Shown here: positions 28,709 to 37,634 of the stretch, one piece after another | How positions within the stretch are numbered: position 1 is the first letter of the stretch | Layout of the letters: each line of letters opens with the position of its first letter | Source of the DNA: an uncultured Microthrixaceae bacterium | Lineage (GTDB): Bacteria; Actinomycetota; Acidimicrobiia; Acidimicrobiales; Acidimicrobilacustridaceae | Length of the DNA: 64,000 nt | Reading direction: 5' to 3' | Assembly: GCA_963773335.1 (NCBI GenBank) | Contig: CAVZAT010000004.1 | Span: 1,667,785-1,731,784, forward strand | Made by a program: the position numbers and the translations under genes | Notes under the pieces: model-generated | Database searches by the model: none | The model's input: the letters and a program-made list of their open reading frames with translations, nothing else | What the model was told of the DNA's origin: nothing

Positions 28709-29916
28709 CCGGCGGGAGACGCTCGGCGGGATCGCATCCCGATCGTCGGGCCGAGCTCGAGCAACTGGTGCTCGACCAGCAGGTGATCGTGTGCACCGGG
28801 TCGGGCGGAGTGGGCAAGACCACCACGGCCGCGGTGATGGCGCTGCACGCGGCTGAGCTGGGGCGCAAGGCTTGTGTGGTCACGATCGATCCGGCCAAGC
28901 GGCTGGCCGACGCGCTGGGGCTGGAGGCCCTGTCCAACTCCCCCGCCCGCATCGACGGCTCCTGGGCCGGAGAGCTCTGGGCCCTCATGCTCGACACCAA
29001 GTCCACCTTCGACGACCTGGTGGTCGACAACGCCGAGACCCCCGAGCAGGCCGAGGGGATCCTCCAGAACCGCTTCTACCGCAACATCTCGGGGGCGCTG
29101 TCGGGCACCCAGGAGTACATGGCCATGGAGAAGCTGTACGCCCTCCATGAGAGCACCGACTTCGATCTGGTGGTGGTGGATACCCCTCCGACCCGCAACG
29201 CCCTCGACTTCCTGGAGGCACCCAAGCGCCTGACCCGCTTCCTCGACCATCGGCTCTACCGGGTGCTCATGGCGCCGACCCGGGGCGTGGCCCGGGCCGT
29301 GAACATGGCCGCCCAGGCCTTCCTGCGCACGGTGTCGAAGGTGGTGGGTGGGGACGTGGTGCGCGACGCCATCGCCTTCTTCTCGGCCTTCGACGGCATG
29401 GAGATGGGCTTTCGGGATCGGGCCGCGGCCACGCTCGACCTGTTGTCGGACGAGGTGACCGCCTTCGTGCTGGTGGCCGCACCCCGCGGCGACGTGGTGG
29501 AGGAGGCGACCTACTTCGCGGCGCGACTGGCCGAAGCCGACATCCCGGTGCGCGCCCTGGTGGTCAACCGGATGCACCCCCGCTTCACCGAGTCCTCGCC
29601 GGGATCGTTGCGCGGTCGGGCCGAGACGTTGGAAGGGACCGACCTCGGGGGGCTGTACGAGAACCTGGCGGAGTTCGCCCAGGTGGCGGCCGAGGAGGAG
29701 CGACACCTGAGTGGCCTGGCGGACCGGGTGTCGCCGGCACCGGTGGTGCGGGTGCCGTTCCTGCGTAGCGACGTGCACGACCTCGACGGCCTGAGCGAGA
29801 TCGGCCGGTACCTGTTCCCGGGCTGCCACGCCGCCGGGCGCCCGCGTCGGCTCAGTCGATCTGGAGGTCGGGAGGATCGAGGAGCACCTGGACCGCGGCT
29901 TCGACCGTCTCGGTGA
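28705..29916 (+). CDS. ArsA/Get3-family ATPase, second of a pair.
   Basis: IVCTGSGGVGKTTTAAVMALHAA...VVTIDPAKRLADALGL. 403 aa. Confidence 0.8.
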   Translation: MTGGRRSAGSHPDRRAELEQLVLDQQVIVCTGSGGVGKTTTAAVMALHAAELGRKACVVTIDPAKRLADALGLEALSNSPARIDGSWAGELWALMLDTKSTFDDLVVDNAETPEQAEGILQNRFYRNISGALSGTQEYMAMEKLYALHESTDFDLVVVDTPPTRNALDFLEAPKRLTRFLDHRLYRVLMAPTRGVARAVNMAAQAFLRTVSKVVGGDVVRDAIAFFSAFDGMEMGFRDRAAATLDLLSDEVTAFVLVAAPRGDVVEEATYFAARLAEADIPVRALVVNRMHPRFTESSPGSLRGRAETLEGTDLGGLYENLAEFAQVAAEEERHLSGLADRVSPAPVVRVPFLRSDVHDLDGLSEIGRYLFPGCHAAGRPRRLSRSGGREDRGAPGPRLRPSR

Positions 29917-30232
29917 CCGGCACGATCCGATCGAACCCCGTCGTATGGAGGAGTCTGGTCAGCGTGGGCCGCCCGCAGGCCACCGACACGTCGCCCTGTG
30001 CCTCCCGGGCACGTCGGATGCCGCCTATGAGCGCGCCCAGGCCGGCGGAGTCCATGAACGGCACGTCGGACAGGTCGATGAGCAGCCGCGGCTTGCTGGA
30101 GAGCTCGACCAGCGACTCGCGGAACTGGCCGACCGTGTACGCGTCGAGCTCACCGATCGGTCGACACAACGTGTAGTCGCCGGTGTCCTCGACGTGGATC
30201 TCCAGCACGAATCCTCCAGGTGGTTTTGCCAT
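29852..30232 (-). CDS. STAS-domain anti-sigma-factor antagonist.
   Basis: LIDLSDVPFMDSAGLGALIGGIRRA. 126 aa. Confidence 0.85.
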   Translation of the reverse strand: MAKPPGGFVLEIHVEDTGDYTLCRPIGELDAYTVGQFRESLVELSSKPRLLIDLSDVPFMDSAGLGALIGGIRRAREAQGDVSVACGRPTLTRLLHTTGFDRIVPVTETVEAAVQVLLDPPDLQID

Positions 30233-30370
30233 GGCCGCGCCGCATCGTAGTCACGACGCGGGGTCGATGGGACAGGAGTACGAACATCTGTTCATGAACA
30301 CGGGGCGGAGCTCGGCCCGAGGACCTCTCTGGTCTTGGTGGTGCTCGCGTCGCGAACTACCGTGTCGCAG

Positions 30371-30832
30371 ATGTCCGCCGTGCTGCTCGCCACCGACGCA
30401 GATTGGCTCTTCGACGAGGTCGACGCCGCCCTCGGCAGCGACGAGGTCACCGTGTATCGGGTGCGCCGAGGCGTAGACGTGCTGCCGGCGCTGCTCGAGG
30501 TCGACGCCGAGCTGGCCATCCTCGACCTGCAGATCGGCAACATGGGGGGCATGGCCGCCTGCATGGCGATCCGCAACGAAGAGGGGATGGGTCGCCTGCC
30601 CATCACTGCGGTGCTCATGTTGTTGGATCGGGCCGCGGACGAGTTCCTGGCCCATCGCTCCGACGCCGACGGCTGGCTGATCAAGCCGCTCGACGCCTTC
30701 CGCCTGCGCTGCGCCGCCGACGCCCTGCTGGCCGGCGACACGTGGTTCGAAGGCGTCGACGAGCACGCCCTGGCCACAGGCGTGGCCGCCGACGAATCCG
30801 ACACCGATACCGCCGAGGCAACCCCCGCCTGA
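30371..30832 (+). CDS. Stand-alone response-regulator receiver-domain protein.
   Basis: VLLATDADW...LAILDLQIGNMGGM...GWLIKPLD. The start is ATG 30371 or 30335. Confidence 0.7.
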   Translation: MSAVLLATDADWLFDEVDAALGSDEVTVYRVRRGVDVLPALLEVDAELAILDLQIGNMGGMAACMAIRNEEGMGRLPITAVLMLLDRAADEFLAHRSDADGWLIKPLDAFRLRCAADALLAGDTWFEGVDEHALATGVAADESDTDTAEATPA

Positions 30833-30904
30833 GTCGAGTGGTGCCCGTCGGCGCGGTACGCATTGGGTGCAGTTGAGTCGGTCCGCTAGCATCGCCAGTC
30901 CCAA

Positions 30905-30978
30905 CGGGCTGTAGCGCAGTTTGGCAGCGCGCTTCGTTCGGGACGAAGAGGCCGTGGGTTCAAATCCCGCCAGCCCGA
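30905..30978 (+). tRNA. tRNA-Pro (anticodon CGG), 74 nt, CCA not encoded.
   Basis: Manual cloverleaf: CGGGCTG TA GCGC AGTTTGGCA GCGC G CTTCG TTCGGGA CGAAG AGGCC GTGGG TTCAAAT CCCGC CAGCCCG A. Confidence 0.9.
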
Positions 30979-31173
30979 CTACAAACCGCAGGTCAGAGGT
31001 GTTGCTTGGCCACATATGGTGTGGCCAAGCAACGGCAGGGGGGCCCAATTGGGGGCCCAACTCGCCTCGTTTGGGCCCCCCGGCTTCGACAACTGCAGCC
31101 CGGTGACCAGCACATTCGCGACTGGCGGAGCGCTCAGAAGGTCGTGGTTCTTCGCCTGGTGCGAAGAGGTCAC
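30934..31173 (+). repeat. Left copy of a 240-nt imperfect direct repeat: last 45 nt of tRNA-Pro plus about 195 nt downstream. Putative attL.
   Basis: Collinear with 57547..57786. The tRNA part is 44/45 identical. The next roughly 115 nt are clearly similar. A second conserved block, CCTGGTGCGAAGAGGTCAC, lies at the same offset in both copies. Confidence 0.8.
31004..31030 (+). other. Perfect hairpin GCTTGGCCACA-TATGG-TGTGGCCAAGC, 26 nt downstream of tRNA-Pro.
   Basis: 11-bp stem. The same element, with a 9-bp stem, is conserved in the right repeat copy at 57621..57643. Confidence 0.6.
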
Positions 31174-31551
31174 GGACTCGTCGGAGGCGAAGTCTGACGA
31201 GCCAAGAGCCCGACTCGCGAGCGCTCCTTGACGTGTCGCTCGAGCAGACGCGGGGTCTGCTCCTCGAAACGCCCCGCTCTTCCCCCATCCTGACGAGCTG
31301 CTGGTCGACGGCCTCAGCGACGCTGAGGAAGCCACCTTCCTCGCTGCCATCGCCGACACCTGACCGTTAGCGATGGTGGCTCACCCGGGGTCGTCGAGCT
31401 GCGCGGGCCGAGCCGATGTCGACGCATACCTCGGCGGGTGGACGGCTCCGCTAATCCAGGCCGACTTGACCCCACAGGCAACCTGACCTGCCCTACAGGT
31501 TGGTTTCCATGGTGGGTGATGAGTCCGAGGCCTGACTGAAAGGCTTCGGCT

Positions 31552-31848
31552 GTGCCTCGTCCTTACCCTCCCGAGTTCCGTGCCCGTGCGATCGCGCTGG
31601 TCCGGTCGGGCAAGCAGGTGAAGCAGACCGCGTACGAACTCGGGATCAGCGCCGGGTGCTTACACAACTGGGTCAAGCAGGATCGGATCGACCGCGGTGA
31701 GCTGCCTGGGAAGACAACGGCTGAGTCAGCCGAACTTCGAGCGGCCCGTAAGCGGATCCGCGAGCTCGAGACTGAGCTGGCGATCGTGCGGCAGGCCGCG
31801 AAGTTCCTCGGCCCTGAGCCGCCACACCCAAAAGGATCCACCCGGTGA
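31552..31848 (+). CDS. IS3-family transposase OrfA (HTH).
   Basis: PRPYPPEFRARAIALVRSGKQVKQTAYELGISAGCLHNWVKQ, followed by a leucine-zipper-like region. Confidence 0.9.
   Translation: MPRPYPPEFRARAIALVRSGKQVKQTAYELGISAGCLHNWVKQDRIDRGELPGKTTAESAELRAARKRIRELETELAIVRQAAKFLGPEPPHPKGSTR
31827..31833 (+). promoter_or_regulatory. Programmed -1 ribosomal frameshift heptamer C CCA AAA (X XXY YYZ) joining OrfA to OrfB.
   Basis: In the orfA zero frame the codons are CAC CCA AAA. The orfB frame is open from 31818, that is, upstream of the heptamer. Confidence 0.65.
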
Positions 31849-32699
31849 TCGACCGTCTGGCTGACACCGGGATTCCCGTCGATCGTTGCTGCCAGGTGCT
31901 GGGGGTGTCCCGTCAGGGCTACTACCGCTACCGGCGCCGAGCGACCTCGGCCACCCAGCTGCGCCGCCAGTGGCTGACCGGCCTGATCCGCGAGATCCAC
32001 GTCGCGTCACGAGGGACCTACGGCTACCGACGGATCCACGCCGAACTGACGATGGCCATGAAGGTCCAGGTCAGCTCCCGGCTGGTGTCGGTGTTGATGA
32101 CCCAGGCTGGGATCTACGGCCTCCCCGGCCCGGCTCGGGTCAAGCGCCTCCGCGGGATCGTGACCGCCGATGATCTCGTGAACCGCAAGTTCCACCGCCT
32201 GCGACCCAACGAGCTCTGGATGACCGACATCACCGAGCACCCCACCCGAGAAGGCAAGCTCTACTGCGCGGCGGTGATGGACGCGTTCAGCCGTCGGATC
32301 GTCGGCTGGTCCATCGACTCGCGCCAAGACAGCTCCCTGGTCGTCAACGCACTCGACATGGCGATCCGCAACCGCCGCCGCGAACCCGGCGGAATCGTCC
32401 ACGCCGACCACGGCGTCCAATTCACATCGTGGGCCTTCAGCGACAAGATCCGCTCCGCCGGGCTCATGCCGTCCTTCGGCAGCGTCGGCGACGGGCTCGA
32501 CAACGCCATGATGGAAAGCTTCTGGTCCTCGATGCAGATCGAACTGCTCAACCGGCGCCGCTGGAAGACCCGGGTCGAGCTCGCCAACGCGATCTTCGAC
32601 TACATCGAGATCTTCCACAACCGCCAGCAGCGACACTCCTCCCTCGGCTACCGCACCCCCAACGAGTTCGAGCTTCTCAACGACACCATCCCCGCCTGA
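31845..32699 (+). CDS. IS3-family transposase OrfB (DDE integrase core), normally expressed as an OrfAB fusion.
   Basis: WMTDITEHPT..GKLYCAAVMDAFSRRIVGW, HADHGVQFTS, NAMMESFWSSMQIE. Intact. Confidence 0.9.
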   Translation: MIDRLADTGIPVDRCCQVLGVSRQGYYRYRRRATSATQLRRQWLTGLIREIHVASRGTYGYRRIHAELTMAMKVQVSSRLVSVLMTQAGIYGLPGPARVKRLRGIVTADDLVNRKFHRLRPNELWMTDITEHPTREGKLYCAAVMDAFSRRIVGWSIDSRQDSSLVVNALDMAIRNRRREPGGIVHADHGVQFTSWAFSDKIRSAGLMPSFGSVGDGLDNAMMESFWSSMQIELLNRRRWKTRVELANAIFDYIEIFHNRQQRHSSLGYRTPNEFELLNDTIPA

Positions 32700-32925
32700 T
32701 GACTCACCACCCAACCCGGAAACCAGGCCATAGGGCAGGTCAACCTGTGACCGAATCGTGCAGCAGACCCTTCCGATGAAGTGCTGAAAAGCGGTTCCCT
32801 CCACATCCACTCCGTTTTCTGCCAACCCCACCACTCCGCCGGGATCTGTCGGGCTCCGGCGCCGAGGGGGAACTAATCGTCGCGTGCGCCGATCGCGGTC
32901 GATCTGCCGACGTTGTCGATCCTCC

Positions 32926-34629
32926 TCAGGGCTGCTCGATCCACACCGACGTCATGAACGGGCTGATCATCGTCGGGGCGAACGCTCGATTCTCGGTCCC
33001 GGGGAACGTGGTCTTGGTGTAGCCGTGGACCTTGGGGATCGATGCGATCGCCCAGCGGGTGTGCACGAGGAAGATGCGGTCGAGGTTCGCCGCCATGCGC
33101 TTCTGGGCCTCGGCCCACGCCGCGATCTGCGTCGCCTGATCATCGGTGGCGCGGGCCTCGTCCATCGCAGCGACGAGCTTTGGGTCGTAGAGCTGGGTGT
33201 AGTTGAGCGAGATGCCATCCTCAACCGGTTTGCTCGCGACGAACGGGTAGCCCTTGTCGAGCGTGGGCGCCGACCACATCGCGAACGTCGACGCCTGGTA
33301 GTCGCCACCGATGACGCTGGTGATGTTGGCCGTCTGCGTGCCCGTCTCGATCTTCATGTCGATGCCGACCTCCTTCAGCGTCTGCTGGAGGTACTCGGCG
33401 ATGGTCACGAAGGTCGGATCAGAGTTCACCTTGAAACTGAATGCGAGGGGCTGGCCGTGCTCGCGCTGGTACTGCTCGGCGAGCTTTCGCGCTTTGGCCG
33501 GATCGGGGGACGGGTAGCCGGCCGTCTTCCGATCGATGTAGTAGGGCGAGCCCTTCTCGAAGTTGCCCCACGCCGCCGGGTACAGCCCGTTGTACGCGAT
33601 CTGCGAGATCGACTCCTGGTTGATGGCGTACGCCAGCGCCTGGCGGGCGACGAGGTCGTCGAAGGGCGCCTTGGCGGTGTTCAGGGCGATGACCGTCTCG
33701 TCGGCCTCCTGTCCGGCGTTCGTCAGCAGGTGGATCTCACCGGACTGCGCGCCAGGGAGGACCTTCTTGAGCAGCGCGCTGTCGAACACCTCGATCATGT
33801 CGACGTCGCCGGCGGATAGCGCCTCGCCCCGCAAGGTCGAGTCGGAGATGAACCGGAAGTCGATCCCGGCGAGGTGCGGCAACGCGGCCTGCCAGTAGTC
33901 CTTGTTCTTGACGACGCGGAGGCTCTGGCCCTGCTTGTGCGACTCGAACGTGAAGGGACCGGTGCCGACCGGGTCGGCGGTCGCCGGGTTGGGCGCGAGG
34001 AGCATCGCCGGCGCCGCCATGTACCCGGGTTGCAGGATCAAGGTCGACGGGAAGGTCGACCACGGCTTGCTGAAGAACAACTGGACGGTTCGATCGTCGG
34101 GTGTCTGGACGTCGGTCAAGTTGACGAACACCGCGCCGGCGAGGGCTGACTTGGCCATCAGGTCAAAGTTCAGCTTGACCGCGGCGGCGTCGAGCTTCTG
34201 GCCGTTCTGGAACCTGATGCCATCGCGCAGCCCGATGGTCCACTCGGTGAAGTCGGCGTTCGGCGTGAAGGACTTGGCGAGGTAGGGCTTCACCTTGCCG
34301 TCCGTGCCCAGCGCGGCGAGCGGATCGAAGATGGCGTTGGCCACGGTGTAGGTCGACGCGGTCCATTCCCCGATGGTCGGGTTGAGGCTGTTCGCCTCGA
34401 CCGAGAGCGCGTAGGTGAGCACCCCGCCCTCCTGCACCGGACCGGCATCGGCCTCCACCGTCGGCGTGTTGACCAACGAGTCGGCCGATGCCTGGGTGCT
34501 GGCGGGTTTGCTCGACCCGCTGCACGACGCAGCCAGCAGACCGGCCGCCACGACGACCGCGGCCGCCGACAACCCCCCGCACCTCCCGCCTCGACGACGG
34601 CGCCGGGCCTCACGACGTTGTTCCTGCAT
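32926..34629 (-). CDS. ABC-transporter substrate-binding lipoprotein, family 5 (peptide/nickel/opine type), orphan.
   Basis: RRRRRGG...LLAASC lipobox. AAGGGGGA lies upstream of ATG 34629. Intact, 567 aa. No permease or ATPase genes are nearby. Confidence 0.8.
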   Translation of the reverse strand: MQEQRREARRRRRGGRCGGLSAAAVVVAAGLLAASCSGSSKPASTQASADSLVNTPTVEADAGPVQEGGVLTYALSVEANSLNPTIGEWTASTYTVANAIFDPLAALGTDGKVKPYLAKSFTPNADFTEWTIGLRDGIRFQNGQKLDAAAVKLNFDLMAKSALAGAVFVNLTDVQTPDDRTVQLFFSKPWSTFPSTLILQPGYMAAPAMLLAPNPATADPVGTGPFTFESHKQGQSLRVVKNKDYWQAALPHLAGIDFRFISDSTLRGEALSAGDVDMIEVFDSALLKKVLPGAQSGEIHLLTNAGQEADETVIALNTAKAPFDDLVARQALAYAINQESISQIAYNGLYPAAWGNFEKGSPYYIDRKTAGYPSPDPAKARKLAEQYQREHGQPLAFSFKVNSDPTFVTIAEYLQQTLKEVGIDMKIETGTQTANITSVIGGDYQASTFAMWSAPTLDKGYPFVASKPVEDGISLNYTQLYDPKLVAAMDEARATDDQATQIAAWAEAQKRMAANLDRIFLVHTRWAIASIPKVHGYTKTTFPGTENRAFAPTMISPFMTSVWIEQP

Positions 34630-34753
34630 GTCCGTTTCCCCCTTCGGCCGTGCCCGCTCGACGCGGATCCCACCGGCCACCCATGGATCGATTGTTCGGT
34701 CAGCGCTCACGGTGGACTCGACACCTCCGGAGAGGTGCCGGTCAGAGCACGAG

Positions 34754-35882
34754 CTACTCGAGGTCGGCGACGAGTTTGGTGGCGGTGTCCACGTACTCCC
34801 CCACCATCTCCTGCACCACGGCCCTGGTGGTGTGGATCTGGTTCATGCGGCTCACGATCTGACCGACCGGCATGCCCACCAGCTCGCGGGGCGGGTTAGA
34901 GCCCATCTTCCGGTTGGCGTAGGCGTTGAGCATGAACTGCAGCGGCATGGGCAAGGTGCCCGGCGACTCCGGCGCCTCCCAGGCGTCGGTCCAGGCCGTT
35001 GCGCAGCTGGCGGGCGGGCTTGCCGGTGAAGGCGCGAGACCGGACGGTGTCGGTCGACGTGGCGGCGAGGAGCTTGTCGGTCACGACGCCGCCCTGCGTG
35101 TTCTCGGAGACGGTCAGCCAGATGGAACCGGTCCAGACGCCGTCGGCGCCGAGGGCCATGGCGGCGGCCATCTGGCGGCCAGTGCCGATGCCGCCGGCGG
35201 CCAGCACGGGCACCGGAGCCACCGCGTCGACCACGTCGGGGATGAGCACCATGCTGGCCACCTCGCCCGTGTGGCCACCGGCCTCGTAGCCCTGGGCGAT
35301 GATGATGTCCACGCCCTGCTGCACGTCTCGGACGGCCTGCTCGGCCCGGCCGATGAGCGCCGCCACCATGACGCCCTGCTCGTGAGCCTGGTCGATGGCC
35401 GCCTTGGGCGGGGGGCCGAGAGCGGAGGCGAGCAGCGCAATGTCGTGGGAGAGCGCGATCTCGATCTGCGGGCTGCCGGTGGCCTCGGTCCAGCCGAGCA
35501 CGCCGGCACCCATGCCGGATCCCGACTCCAGTTCGGCCTTGGGAACGGGCGTGACGCCGTGGTCGGCCAGGATCTTGTCGACGTAGTCCCAGTGCTCCTG
35601 GCTGATGTAATCCCGGAGCCGGGCACCCATGTCGTCGGTGTCGGCGATGCCCGCATCCCGGTCGACGGTCCGCACCGGCATGACGACGTCGACGCCGTAT
35701 GGCTTGCCGCCGACGTGCTCGTCGATCCACTTCAGCTCCAGCTCGAGCTGCTCGGGGGAGAAGGCCAGGGCCCCGAGCACGCCCATGCCGCCGGCGTTGG
35801 TCACCGCGGCGACGACGTCTCGGCAGTGGCTGAACGCGAACAGCGGGTACTCGATCCCGAACATCTCGGTCAGACGGTTCAT
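34754..35882 (-). pseudogene. Nitronate monooxygenase (NMO / 2-nitropropane dioxygenase family) with one frame break near 34992.
   Basis: MNRLTEMFGIEYPLFAFSH...IIAQGYEAGGHTG... reads to FTGKPARQLRN. The C-terminus (AWTDAWEAPESPGTLPMPLQFMLNAYANRKMG..., ORF 34754..34954) is one nucleotide out of frame. Confidence 0.75.
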
Positions 35883-37519
35883 GCCTGGCCCGCCTTCTCC
35901 GCGGCCGCGGGTCGGTCGGTGGCCGGGTCGCCCTCGGCGACCCGCTTGGCCCGGCGGTAGTCGGGCTTGCCGCTGGGGTGGCGGGGCATGGTGTCCACCA
36001 AGTGGAGCTCGCGGGGCACCTTGTAGCCGGCCACCCTCGTGCGGCAGTGCTCGGCCAGCTCGTCGAGCGTGGGTGCCTCGCCCGGCCGCGGTTCGACGAC
36101 GGCGGCCACCCGCTGGCCCCAGCGCTCGTCGGCCACGCCGACCACGAGGGCGTCGAACACCGCCGGGTGGGCCTTCAGGGCCGACTCGACCTCCTCGGGG
36201 TAGATCTTCTCGCCGCCCGAGTTGATGCACTGGCTGCCCCGACCGAGCAGCGTCATCGTGCCGTCGAGCTCGAGGCGGGCGAAGTCGCCGGGCACCGAGT
36301 AGCGGTTCCTGTCGACGGTGATGAAGGTCGCCGCGCTCTTCTCCGGGTCCTTGTAGTACTCGAGGGGCACGTTGCCGCCCCGGGCCATCCGCCCGACCTC
36401 GCCCGGCTGCACGGGCCGGTTCTGCTCGTCGATGACGATCGTGTCGGGCCCGCGGTTGACGTTGATGAGCCCCCCGGTGGCCGTGGTCGTGTTGTCCTTG
36501 TCGACGAGGCGCATCCCGTTGAAGCCGCTCTCGGAGGACCCGACCGCCTCGCTGACGAACAGGTTGGGGAGCAGCTCGAAGAGCTGGTCCTTCACCGCCG
36601 GCGAGAACACGGCCGCCGTGGAGCTGACGGCCACCAGCGACGACGTGTCGTAGGGGTGGGCCCGGAGGGCGTCGATCAGGGGGCGGGCCATGGCGTCGCC
36701 GGTGATGGCGAGGACCGCGATCCGGTAGTTCTCGATGGCCCGCCAGACGGCGTCGGCGTCGAAGTGCGGGAGCAGGACGCAGGTGGTGCCCTTGATGAGA
36801 CCCCCGAGCGTGCCCCACTGCGCGGCGCCGTGCATGAGCGGCGCCAGGATCAGGCCACACGAGGGTGCGGTGTCGGCGGCCAGGCGCGACATCTGGTGCT
36901 CGTCCTCGATGCGCACGCCGGTCATGAAGTCGATGCCGCCCCCGAGGACGCGCCACACGTCCTCGTGCCGCCACACCACACCCTTGGGGAAGCCCGTCGT
37001 GCCACCGGTGTAGAGGATGTAGATGTCGTCGTCAGAGCGGGGCGCGAAGTCCCGCTCGGGGGCCGAGCCCGCCAGGGCCTGCTCGTAGGACCGGGACCCG
37101 GCGCCGGGCTCGGTGCCGCTGCCGTCGTCCACCACCAGCACGTGGCGCAGCAGACCCAGCCGGGGCGCCACGGCGTCGACGAGCGGCGAGAACTGGGCCT
37201 GGTGGACGAGGGCGACCGAGTCGCTGTTGTCGAGCAGGTAGGCCAGCTCGTCCTTAACGTAGCGGTAGTTGACGTTGATCGGGACGGCCCGCAGCTTGTA
37301 GGCGGCGACCATGGTCTCGACGTACTCGATGCTGTTGTACGAGTAGATGGCAACGTGGTCGTTGCGGCCGATCCCCTGCTCGGACAGGTGGTGCGCGAGC
37401 CGGTTCGCCCGCTCCTCGAGCTGCCGGTAGGTCCGCTGCTCGTCCCCGCAGATGAGCGCGGCCCGGTCGGGCACGACGTCGATGGTGTGCTCGACGAAGT
37501 CGGCCAGGTTGAATGCCAT
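35879..37519 (-). CDS. Acyl-CoA synthetase, FadD19-like (steroid side-chain CoA ligase family).
   Basis: 546 aa, intact. MAFNLADFVEHTIDVVPDRAALICGDEQRTYRQLEERANRLAHHL..., YILYTGGTTGFPKGVVWRHEDVWRVL and SGKPDYRRAK match my recollection of mycobacterial FadD19 closely. The stop overlaps the NMO ATG. Confidence 0.7.
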   Translation of the reverse strand: MAFNLADFVEHTIDVVPDRAALICGDEQRTYRQLEERANRLAHHLSEQGIGRNDHVAIYSYNSIEYVETMVAAYKLRAVPINVNYRYVKDELAYLLDNSDSVALVHQAQFSPLVDAVAPRLGLLRHVLVVDDGSGTEPGAGSRSYEQALAGSAPERDFAPRSDDDIYILYTGGTTGFPKGVVWRHEDVWRVLGGGIDFMTGVRIEDEHQMSRLAADTAPSCGLILAPLMHGAAQWGTLGGLIKGTTCVLLPHFDADAVWRAIENYRIAVLAITGDAMARPLIDALRAHPYDTSSLVAVSSTAAVFSPAVKDQLFELLPNLFVSEAVGSSESGFNGMRLVDKDNTTTATGGLINVNRGPDTIVIDEQNRPVQPGEVGRMARGGNVPLEYYKDPEKSAATFITVDRNRYSVPGDFARLELDGTMTLLGRGSQCINSGGEKIYPEEVESALKAHPAVFDALVVGVADERWGQRVAAVVEPRPGEAPTLDELAEHCRTRVAGYKVPRELHLVDTMPRHPSGKPDYRRAKRVAEGDPATDRPAAAEKAGQA

Positions 37520-37527
37520 GCGGCCAG

Positions 37528-37541
37528 TAGAACACGTTATC
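37528..37541. promoter_or_regulatory. KstR-type operator-like box TAGAACACGTTATC.
   Basis: Fits TnnAACnnGTTnnA except at the last base. Lies 9 nt upstream of the fadD19-like start, in a 105-bp divergent intergenic region. Confidence 0.6.
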
Positions 37542-37620
37542 GCTCACCCGGCAACCGGCGTCTCCGTTCCGGTAAACACCCGACAGAATCAGGGGAAATC
37601 CGGACAGTGGCATCCGCAGG

Positions 37621-37634
37621 TAGAATGTGTTCTA
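37621..37634. promoter_or_regulatory. KstR-type operator-like box TAGAATGTGTTCTA (reverse complement TAGAACACATTCTA).
   Basis: Near-palindrome. Overlaps the first candidate ATG (37625) of the rightward DUF35-ltp-echA-cyp operon. Confidence 0.6.

Larger units (their letters stand above)
31473..32749 (+). mobile_element. IS3-family insertion sequence. Boundaries approximate.
   Basis: About 50-bp imperfect inverted repeats (CACAGG..TGACCTGCCCTA..TGGTTTCC..GGGTG.TGAGTC at both ends), orfA/orfB in 0/-1 frames, and a slippery heptamer. Confidence 0.8.

Noticed and set aside
31270-31372. A short ORF end (DELLVDGLSDAEEATFLAAIADT-stop) that might be an antitoxin C-terminus near attL.
   Set aside because: It is too short and non-specific to assign, with no start and no partner gene.
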